This document shows positions 1 through 6,538 of a stretch of DNA of 15,596 bases, in pieces. A program made the translations under genes and the position numbers. Where the stretch lies: NCBI GenBank assembly GCA_964373695.1, contig CAYJVT010000018.1, positions 1-15,596 of the forward strand, in the 5' to 3' direction. Source of the DNA: an uncultured archaeon. Its GTDB lineage: Archaea; Aenigmatarchaeota; Aenigmatarchaeia; GW2011-AR5. The notes beneath the pieces were generated by a model. That model saw only the letters and a program-made list of their open reading frames with translations, had not been told where the DNA came from and searched no databases. Numbering within the stretch: position 1 is the stretch's first letter; each line of letters begins with the position of its first letter.

Positions 1-396
1 AAAGCAGCAGCAGCAAAGCCGCTATCATGACCATAATTAGGACAACAAACTCATTTTTAATGAGACCGAGAACCCTCATCAGGACGCTTGCAATCAGGCT
101 TATGTACGATGCTGCGAGCGCAGCCTTTAATGCATCCATGTCTCGCCTGAGCATCCCAAGCAGCGATACTATAAAGATGACGGCGAGCAGCACGATGCCG
201 AAATAATTGTCTGTGGTTGTGTTCGCATACTGGAACAGCGCCGTATAGCTTGACGCATTGACTATTGGAAAGTCTGTAAACGGCATCAGATATCAACCCT
301 GTTAGCTAGTTTTATGACTTGGAAGACTATATCATTGCTCAAAAGCAGCAGCAGCAAAGCCGCTATCATGACCATAATTAGGACAACAAACTCATT
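1..396 (+). repeat. Terminal direct repeat, left copy (same as 15201-15596)
   Basis: 1-396 reads identically to 15201-15596; ORF 57..296 recurs at 15257..15496 (offset 15200). Confidence 0.95.
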
Positions 397-627
397 TTTA
401 ATGAGACCGAGAACCCTCATCAGGACGCTTGCAATCAGGCTTATGTACGATGCTGCGAGCGCAGCCTTTAATGCATCCATGTCTCGCCTGAGCATCCCAA
501 GCAGCGATACTATAAAGATGACGGCGAGCAGCACGATGCCGAAATAATTGTCTGTGGTTGTGTTCGCATACTGGAACAGCGCCGTATAGCTTGACGCATT
601 GACTATTGGAAAGTCTGTAAACGGCAT
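286..627 (-). CDS. Chimeric copy of the 99-aa 3-TM protein fused in frame to the last 15 aa of the 139-aa protein (probable artefact)
   Basis: Same as 15187..15486 up to LLLL; then W->L, stop lost, read-through into IVFQVIKLANRVDI. Confidence 0.35.
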   Translation of the reverse strand: MPFTDFPIVNASSYTALFQYANTTTDNYFGIVLLAVIFIVSLLGMLRRDMDALKAALAASYISLIASVLMRVLGLIKNEFVVLIMVMIAALLLLLLSNDIVFQVIKLANRVDI

Positions 628-1046
628 CAGATATCAACCCTGTTAGCTAGTTTTATGACTTGGAAGACTATAAACACGACGGCTATCACTGCGAGCATGG
701 TCGTGAACCAATCCGGTATGGGGATCGATGTAAACAGATCAGGCACGTTAAATATCAGATCTACCATGACTGTCGCGAAACCCAGCAGCAGGCCGCCTAT
801 CTGAAAGACGAACAAAGTTGCCAAATCAAAAATCGATGTTATGGTAAAGTTCTCCACAATGGATCTCAGCTTGACGTCTATCTCCTTGACCCTGCTGGCG
901 ATTGCGCCTGTATTGTTCAGCTCGGAGAAATCTGTTGTCGTGTTGGCCACGCCGTAGGTGCTGCTGACGTCTGCGTAGAAAAGAGCCATGCCTGTGATTA
1001 CGCTCGAGAAAACTATGACCCCCATTATCAAGCTTGATAGATTCAT
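627..1046 (-). CDS. 139-aa membrane protein, putative minor virion protein (start revised to MNLSSLIMG)
   Basis: ATG at 1046 overlaps the adhesin stop (ATGA); N-terminal, central and C-terminal hydrophobic segments; NTT, NNT and NFT sequons; TGATG coupling to the next gene. Confidence 0.85.
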   Translation of the reverse strand: MNLSSLIMGVIVFSSVITGMALFYADVSSTYGVANTTTDFSELNNTGAIASRVKEIDVKLRSIVENFTITSIFDLATLFVFQIGGLLLGFATVMVDLIFNVPDLFTSIPIPDWFTTMLAVIAVVFIVFQVIKLANRVDI

Positions 1047-4000
1047 TTTCTCAGTCTCCAGAGAATTATAAATCCTACCAGGACTATGCTTGCGGCCCCG
1101 ATCGCTCCGAGACTGATCAGCCCTAGAGCGGCGGATCCCAGCAGACCAACGATGGCCATGACTATGGCTATAAAGGGCGAGCGAAAGCCCATCGTTCCTG
1201 TGCACAAAACTATGAGCAGCGCCATTATGATGCCTTCGGTGCCAAGGATGCCAGCGACCAATGAAAGTTCAAGATATCTGTTGAGCAGGAAAACACGATT
1301 ATTTGTGTCTGTGTTGAGGATTGCATAGAGACGATAGTTGAATTTGCGGCCTTGCAGTTCAGACCAGCTGGCCCAAGTATAGCCTATTGTGACTGCTGAT
1401 CCGGATTGGCAGGTATCTGTTATGACGTCGTCTGAAAGAGTGCCTATCCTATAGATCGTGAGACACGCCTGCGTCATCAGGTTGGATGAGTCGGACACTG
1501 TGCATGAGAGTGTCAACGTTGCATTGCTGTAGCTGCAGGCAAAACCTATCTTGTCATAATACTGGAAATAGTCTATCGATGTCTGGGGGCTTATTGTCAG
1601 CGTGTTCGATGTTGTGAGAATCTTAATTGTGTCGGTCTCTTTGAGGATATTGGCGCCCCGGTCAAGAATGATTTTATAGAAACCGTCGAATTGGCGAGCC
1701 TGGACTGCGAGGTTGCCCAGATAATCGGACCTGCCTATTTCAACAGTTGCGAATGCGTTGGTTGACGGCGAGTACCTTAAGAGTTTGAGATATACGCCTT
1801 CCAATGGCGTTCCGCTTGAATCCTGGATTGTGTAGGATATCCTAGTTGCGTAGGTGCTGTTAAGCAGATAGAGATTCAATAACGTCGATGATGCATTTGT
1901 CGAAAGGCTGGTCAGGCTGGCATTGACAAGATAATAAGTCCTCAGCGGGCTGGATCCGGATAGAAATTCCAGGGTGGCGTTGGTCTGCACTGTGGCGTTG
2001 GCCGGCGACATGCAAAGGCTGTAGGACTGGGCATTTTCGTAATGGAAACTATAATTTCTGTTGACAGGCTGGGATATATTCCAGACTGTAAAGGTCGCGT
2101 CTATTGTAAAGTTCTCGGTCAGGTTTGCGAATCCTTCCTCGTTGCGGCCAATGAACGTTATGACCCTGTTGCTGGGCGTGCCGGATGTGCAGTTACCGAG
2201 AGTGATTCGTGTGATTGTGACTGTAGTGTCGGATGAATAGACGGTTCTGCGGTTGTCGCCAAAGTCTATGTAAAGCGTGGTATTGGCGAGGACTGGGCTA
2301 GTTGCGTTTTCGATCAGCGGCAGTATGGTGGAAAATCCAAAGAGTTCAGTGCTGGCGCCAAACACATAGCTTGTATTGCCTGTCCGGGTGCCGTTAAAGG
2401 TCCAGTTGCCGCGCAGTGTTGACGTGTTGAGGAACTTGCCTATCGTAGAATTGAATAAGAAACTCTGGCTTTCTGGCGGTGTCGTCGAGCTTACGGATGT
2501 GCTGCTTATGTAATAAGCATAGTTTATGGACTGGTTGCCGGCCGCAGTTGTCACATTGGTCAAGACGGTGCCGTTGGTGTAGGTCAGGTTATATGACCAG
2601 TACCATGACACGCCGGTATTGTTGACTTGCAAGAGGGGGGGCGTCACGTTTGCCCCGAATGTAAAATTATCGCTAGCCTGCGAGAATGACGTGTTTGCAT
2701 ACCTGGTATTATTCCAAAAGAACGCGGCGGTGGTCCTGTTGATGTTATCAGCGACTCTCACCGTGAGATTAAAAGCCGTCCTGTTGGTTTCATAGATCGG
2801 CGATGTGGATGCATTGGCTGTCACGTTTGAATGAATTATTGAAAAGAGTATGGTGCGTGTGTCTGTATTGCTGCTGCCGGCCGCGCCGCTGCAGCTGACA
2901 TTGAGATTGAAAGTGATGGGATCCAAGTTGTTCAAGATTGCAGTTGTGAACGTGTTATTTGTCGTGTTGCCCATTGATGTCGAGTTTCCAGCCGGGATGA
3001 CCCTGGTGCAATTATAGCTTGCGGACGAGCCTGTGACAGTAAAGTTCAGAGTTACGTTGCTCCTTAGGAATGTAGAGTTTATCGGATTTATTATAGTTAC
3101 GTTTGGCGCGGCGGCTGACGGTGTATTTAGCTCACTCGCTCTCTGAGTTATCAAAGTAAAATTCCGACTTAGAATTCCGGCGATAGTTGCATTAAGCTCG
3201 TCGTTTGTCATTGTCCTGTTAAGAACAATGTAAGCATCAACAAGACCGCTGAAAAGACCGCTGCCTGTGTGGTCAGATCCTATTCTCCAAGCATTATTAT
3301 TGCTTCCTATGGTTGTCAATGCCGTTGCCGTCCTTGCCCTCATAAATGTGCCGTTGGTGTCCCATAATAACGCTTCTATTTCCGACCCGCTGGTATGCCT
3401 GCAAACGCTGACCATCCACCTATTCTGCACGATACCCCTGACCGTGGCTATCTGGAATCCTGCGCCGGTATTGCCGAACACACAATTCAAGTCACCGTTG
3501 CCTTCCATGTACGCGCGGAATCCTAGGGGGTTGGCATCGCCTTTGCTGAAAAGGTTTGTTCCGAAACCGGTGGATCTGAACACGGTTATTATTGTCATGC
3601 CATTTGTGGCTGTGTCTCCGACTGATTCGTCATTTGCTTCGTAATAAGTAGAGCCGTCAAAAACACCAGCCTGTCCGTACAATCCAGCAGCTTGATTGGT
3701 TGTCCCTGCGGCATCCGCCCAGCTGCTTAGATATCTTGCGCTGTCGTTATAGTCGCCGGTATTTCTGTTGCTGAAATGCACTTCAGCCAAGATATCCGTC
3801 GGCCTTGTAGAATTCTTGAATGTAGGATCCAAAGTGTTGTTGACATGGTAGATGCTCTTGTTTGTGTTATTGGGGCTGTCATAGGCGCCATAGATCCAGG
3901 TGGTTGCAGATGCTCCGCGGCATCCAAATGTTGCATTTCCGTAGCCTTCCCAAATATAATTCTGTTCGACATTGCTTGCATTCAATATTAGATAATCTGT

Positions 4001-4219
4001 GCATCTTATATTCGGCGTCATGTTGTTGACAAGCGGAATGAAAACTCTGGGTGCATCGCCGCCTATTGAAAACATGGGGGCGTCAAAGTTGACTGTGTTG
4101 TTGGTCCTGTTATCATAGCTTGTATTGCCCCATGGAGCAATTGCAGCAGCCATTGAAAGGGAGAATCCTGCAAGAAATATTATGGCGGGAATTAAAGGCC
4201 ATGGCTTGATTGTTTTCAT
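1043..4219 (-). CDS. 1058-aa membrane-anchored adhesin/tail glycoprotein with LamG (concanavalin A-like) domain
   Basis: N-terminal signal-like hydrophobic stretch; aa ~143-345 has LamG_3 hallmarks (GLYGQAGVFDGS, RWMVSVCRH, WRIGSD, FSGLVDAYIVLNRTMT); beta-rich stalk; about 55 N-x-S/T sequons by hand count; 2-3 C-terminal TM helices ending WRLRK. Confidence 0.9.
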   Translation of the reverse strand: MKTIKPWPLIPAIIFLAGFSLSMAAAIAPWGNTSYDNRTNNTVNFDAPMFSIGGDAPRVFIPLVNNMTPNIRCTDYLILNASNVEQNYIWEGYGNATFGCRGASATTWIYGAYDSPNNTNKSIYHVNNTLDPTFKNSTRPTDILAEVHFSNRNTGDYNDSARYLSSWADAAGTTNQAAGLYGQAGVFDGSTYYEANDESVGDTATNGMTIITVFRSTGFGTNLFSKGDANPLGFRAYMEGNGDLNCVFGNTGAGFQIATVRGIVQNRWMVSVCRHTSGSEIEALLWDTNGTFMRARTATALTTIGSNNNAWRIGSDHTGSGLFSGLVDAYIVLNRTMTNDELNATIAGILSRNFTLITQRASELNTPSAAAPNVTIINPINSTFLRSNVTLNFTVTGSSASYNCTRVIPAGNSTSMGNTTNNTFTTAILNNLDPITFNLNVSCSGAAGSSNTDTRTILFSIIHSNVTANASTSPIYETNRTAFNLTVRVADNINRTTAAFFWNNTRYANTSFSQASDNFTFGANVTPPLLQVNNTGVSWYWSYNLTYTNGTVLTNVTTAAGNQSINYAYYISSTSVSSTTPPESQSFLFNSTIGKFLNTSTLRGNWTFNGTRTGNTSYVFGASTELFGFSTILPLIENATSPVLANTTLYIDFGDNRRTVYSSDTTVTITRITLGNCTSGTPSNRVITFIGRNEEGFANLTENFTIDATFTVWNISQPVNRNYSFHYENAQSYSLCMSPANATVQTNATLEFLSGSSPLRTYYLVNASLTSLSTNASSTLLNLYLLNSTYATRISYTIQDSSGTPLEGVYLKLLRYSPSTNAFATVEIGRSDYLGNLAVQARQFDGFYKIILDRGANILKETDTIKILTTSNTLTISPQTSIDYFQYYDKIGFACSYSNATLTLSCTVSDSSNLMTQACLTIYRIGTLSDDVITDTCQSGSAVTIGYTWASWSELQGRKFNYRLYAILNTDTNNRVFLLNRYLELSLVAGILGTEGIIMALLIVLCTGTMGFRSPFIAIVMAIVGLLGSAALGLISLGAIGAASIVLVGFIILWRLRK

Positions 4220-4223
4220 GTCA

Positions 4224-4706
4224 TCATTCCCTCGGCTTGGCGAACAATGCTATCAGCATGCCGGCTGCTGTGATCAGAACGTAGATAGGATAGCGCTGCA
4301 TCAAGAATGTTGTCATTGGCCAGCGGGCTTCTACGTTTGCCGGCGACATGCTCGGATCTGTCGCAAAGTCAACGAAAGCATTGGCCAAAGGCGGCGCGAG
4401 CGCAAAGAGAACTATGGCAATCATTATAGCTACAATGAAAAATATCGGGTCTGTCGGTATGAAATACGCAAGAGCTATCACGCCCAATGATGCTGCGACC
4501 ATGACAAATGCTAGCACCGAGTCGGCCGTCGTCATTGCTACGTTGGTGCTGACTATAATTCTGTCGGATGCGGTGCTGGTATCAACCGAGTCGAGCGCGT
4601 TTTCGAGAGAACTTGAGATGCTGAACCACACATTGCTGACAAGAGCCGTGCCTACGACTGCCGCGAAAATAAGAATAGTTATGATGATGGTGTCTGTGAT
4701 GGCCAT
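4224..4706 (-). CDS. 160-aa 4-TM protein, putative minor structural/morphogenesis protein (start revised to MAITDT)
   Basis: Four hydrophobic segments; between capsid genes and adhesin; track start 4715 is TTG, first ATG is 4706. Confidence 0.85.
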   Translation of the reverse strand: MAITDTIIITILIFAAVVGTALVSNVWFSISSSLENALDSVDTSTASDRIIVSTNVAMTTADSVLAFVMVAASLGVIALAYFIPTDPIFFIVAIMIAIVLFALAPPLANAFVDFATDPSMSPANVEARWPMTTFLMQRYPIYVLITAAGMLIALFAKPRE

Positions 4707-4709
4707 TCT

Positions 4710-4728
4710 ATCCAATAGAATATTGGAT
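4710..4728. promoter_or_regulatory. 8-bp inverted repeat ATCCAATA-gaa-TATTGGAT, candidate operator
   Basis: Perfect IR between TATA-like TTTTAAG (minus, 4736-4742) and the ATG at 4706. Confidence 0.45.
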
Positions 4729-4735
4729 TTGACGG

Positions 4736-4766
4736 CTTAAAAGGAAAAAGAAAAGAAAGGGGGAAA
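4736..4766 (-). terminator. Pyrimidine-tract terminator after the capsid genes, ending in a TATA-like TTTTAAG
   Basis: Minus strand reads TTTCCCCCTTTCTTTTCTTTTTCCTTTTAAG, starting 10 nt after the stop at 4776. Confidence 0.65.
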
Positions 4767-4775
4767 TCAAATTGC

Positions 4776-5297
4776 TTAGAATCTTTTACGCAGCTGAAAG
4801 ACTACGAAGATTATTCCAAGAGCAGCTCCCAATCCTATGACCAGACCGATGAGGTCCAACTGCTGCGCGCCTTGGGATATTCCCTCGGTCGCGTTTGTAG
4901 CGACGTAATACGCCACTGTTCGTCTGCCTTCAACGTAGGTCACATTGTAGGTGCCAGATACCAATGTACCGCCAGCCGCTAGAAACGTCGTGTTGACGTG
5001 CGAAGCGTTGACAACTGTTAGATTACCGGTTAGGATAGTCATTGAATTGTTTCGTACGCTTGTAAGCGTATTAATCCTTCCGACCGGCCAGTCGGCAATC
5101 AGCCTTGTGGCGCTTGCATTTGTCAATGTCACAGACTGGTTGGTTATGGTGTTTGTGGCGCCATAGTCCAGCTGTGTTTCCAGATTGCCTGTGAGCTGTG
5201 CATTTAAGGATAGCACAAGTCCTGCAAGACCCAGGGCCACAAATGATGCGGCCAAGACTTGCAGGCCTGCCGATCCTTTAGCAGATTCTAAACCCAT
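4776..5297 (-). CDS. 173-aa capsid protein paralogue with ~82-aa sequon-rich insertion (VP3-like)
   Basis: Aligns to 5321..5617 in both helices (NATEGISQxAQQLDLIGLxIGLGAA); GGTGA SD 4 nt before ATG 5297 (track start 5300 is TTG); 8 sequons. Confidence 0.8.
   Translation of the reverse strand: MGLESAKGSAGLQVLAASFVALGLAGLVLSLNAQLTGNLETQLDYGATNTITNQSVTLTNASATRLIADWPVGRINTLTSVRNNSMTILTGNLTVVNASHVNTTFLAAGGTLVSGTYNVTYVEGRRTVAYYVATNATEGISQGAQQLDLIGLVIGLGAALGIIFVVFQLRKRF
4845..4865 (+). repeat. 21-bp exact repeat shared by the two capsid genes (copy at 5390-5410)
   Basis: accgatgaggtccaactgctg occurs at both positions. Confidence 0.9.
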
Positions 5298-5320
5298 CAA
5301 ATCACCTAGATTCGATGGAT

Positions 5321-5617
5321 TTAGAATCTTCCTCGGAATCTTAATGCCATGAAGATTACGCCGATTGCGGCACCCAATCCGATTATCAAACCGATGAGGT
5401 CCAACTGCTGGGCGGCCTGAGAGATACCTTCTGTTGCATTTGCAGCGACAGTGGCAGCGACTCCGGTCGTTCCAGTTTCGATGTTTCGGGTGACCGTTGC
5501 GATCACAGCACCTATTGCGCCTGCGATGCCTAGCATTAGAAAGGCACCTGGCAGCTCATTAAGCGCCACACCTTTGGATCTTCGGTTGAAAACCCTTTTG
5601 ATTAGACTAAAATCCAT
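5321..5617 (-). CDS. Putative major capsid protein, spindle-virus-type two-helix hairpin (98 aa, ~82 aa if leader is cleaved)
   Basis: Basic leader, two Gly/Ala-rich hydrophobic helices, short loop with NAT sequon, basic C-terminus RFRGRF; GAGGT SD; first gene of its unit with a paralogue in tandem. Confidence 0.75.
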   Translation of the reverse strand: MDFSLIKRVFNRRSKGVALNELPGAFLMLGIAGAIGAVIATVTRNIETGTTGVAATVAANATEGISQAAQQLDLIGLIIGLGAAIGVIFMALRFRGRF

Positions 5618-6041
5618 TAGAAATTACCTCGAACTTTTTAAATGTCCATGCGAATCTATCGCAAGCTTGGGGTTCATTAAAATAGAATTGTCATAGCCTG
5701 CTTATAACTCTATGCTAGCAGGCAGATTTAAATGTCTGGAGAACCAATAGAACTATTGACAATAAAATGCGTTTCTTATCTTAGGGTGTGAAAGGCCGGG
5801 ATGAAGGCCGATAAGAAATAAGGCAGGCAAAACACAATCCTGTTGACGCGGGGTTGAAAGGTTAAGCCTAGAGTTAGATTTATTTTCTAGGTTTATAAAC
5901 ATTAGCTTTATTGCTATCTCTTACCAGATTTGTTCTGGTGATCCAAATCGGAAAGAAAGAAAAAAAAAGGAAATAGTGGCTCACTAGCGGGCGCAAGGCC
6001 CGCCACACCACGTTTTTAAGTTTGCAAATTCCATTATTGTT
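5618..6041. promoter_or_regulatory. Largest non-coding region (~420 bp): divergent promoters plus clustered inverted repeats, candidate origin/control region
   Basis: IRs at 5649-5663, 5696-5723, 5745-5758, 5772-5818, 5891-5900, 5923-5939, 5987-6003; TTTAAATGTC repeat at 5637 and 5727; TTTTTAAG at 6013-6020. Confidence 0.6.
5951..6003 (-). terminator. GC hairpin followed by long T-tract (minus strand), candidate terminator
   Basis: GCGGGC-N5-GCCCGC (5987-6003), then TTTCCTTTTTTTTTCTTTCTTTC on minus. Confidence 0.5.
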
Positions 6042-6380
6042 ATGGCTGCCGAAGAGGGAATCCTGCTTCTATGGTCTGTTATTCCTTTCTTTTTTCTATG
6101 GCTGTCTATGCTGATCAGCGCCAAGGAATGGTATTTCATACCGATGAAAATATTCTCTATCGCTATTGGCATGGCCATGGTGCTGAACGCCATGGGACTG
6201 GCCTTTGAGATTGCGCAGGCGAACTCTTATTCTGATGATGTGATCACGGCCATGAGCGGGCATGTAGCTAACTTTACCTGGATTCTTTGGGCTTTTGTAA
6301 TGTACGGATTTGTCCTGCTAATCATATATGTCTTCAATTACCTAGGCGGTCTGCTTAGCTGGAGAGGTCGCAAGAAATGA
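6042..6380 (+). CDS. 112-aa 3-TM membrane protein, unknown function
   Basis: Three hydrophobic segments, basic C-terminus; TATA-like TTTTTAAG 22 nt upstream suggests a leaderless mRNA. Confidence 0.85.
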   Translation: MAAEEGILLLWSVIPFFFLWLSMLISAKEWYFIPMKIFSIAIGMAMVLNAMGLAFEIAQANSYSDDVITAMSGHVANFTWILWAFVMYGFVLLIIYVFNYLGGLLSWRGRKK

Positions 6381-6538
6381 GCAGTCCGACCAGGCGCATA
6401 TCAAAAGAAATGGAGACTGAAATCAGAGCCATGCAGAAAGATCTCCAGCGGTGGGGCAGGCCAGACGCCAGCTTTGTAGAAGCCAGCAAAGAACTGGCGA
6501 TGCTGAACAAAAAAACAAAGGTAAGAGTAATCCTCTAG
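6377..6538 (+). CDS. 53-aa protein, possible ribbon-helix-helix regulator (not in ORF track)
   Basis: MSSPTRRISKEMETEIRAMQKDLQRWGRPDASFVEASKELAMLNKKTKVRVIL; ATGA overlap with upstream gene; strand-helix-helix pattern; RHH call is by eye. Confidence 0.65.
   Translation: MSSPTRRISKEMETEIRAMQKDLQRWGRPDASFVEASKELAMLNKKTKVRVIL

Larger units (their letters stand above)
1..672 (+). repeat. 341-bp-period tandem duplication (1-331 = 342-672) with chimeric junction at 331-341
   Basis: ORFs 57..296 and 398..637 are identical; the junction ggaagactat-a-tcattgctc-a-aaagc joins two sequences otherwise seen separately (662-680 and 15189-15205). Confidence 0.95.

Noticed and set aside
57-637. 79-aa ORF MISDAVYRL... 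seen three times
   Set aside because: Alternative frame over the 99-aa membrane gene; recurs only because of the repeat
1047-1205. N-terminal extension of the 192-aa ORF, and similar extensions at 4715, 5300, 8179, 8186, 10752, 10844, 11190
   Set aside because: They overlap neighbouring genes or promoters; downstream ATGs have SD motifs, TATA spacing or ATGA/TGATG coupling
3845-4085. DUF2341-like domain before the LamG domain
   Set aside because: Only loose resemblance (NYIWEG...TWIYGAYDSP); needs an HMM search
5321-5617. Cellular type IV pilin or archaellin locus
   Set aside because: The protein has a second C-terminal hydrophobic helix rather than a globular head, and there is no PilB/PilC (ArlI/ArlJ) pair or chromosomal context
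5772-5818. Hammerhead ribozyme in the nested stem region
   Set aside because: Conserved CUGAnGA core not found on either strand
5618-6041. CRISPR mini-array, tRNA fragment or attP site
   Set aside because: No regularly spaced repeats, no cloverleaf or T-loop motif, and no integrase in the genome
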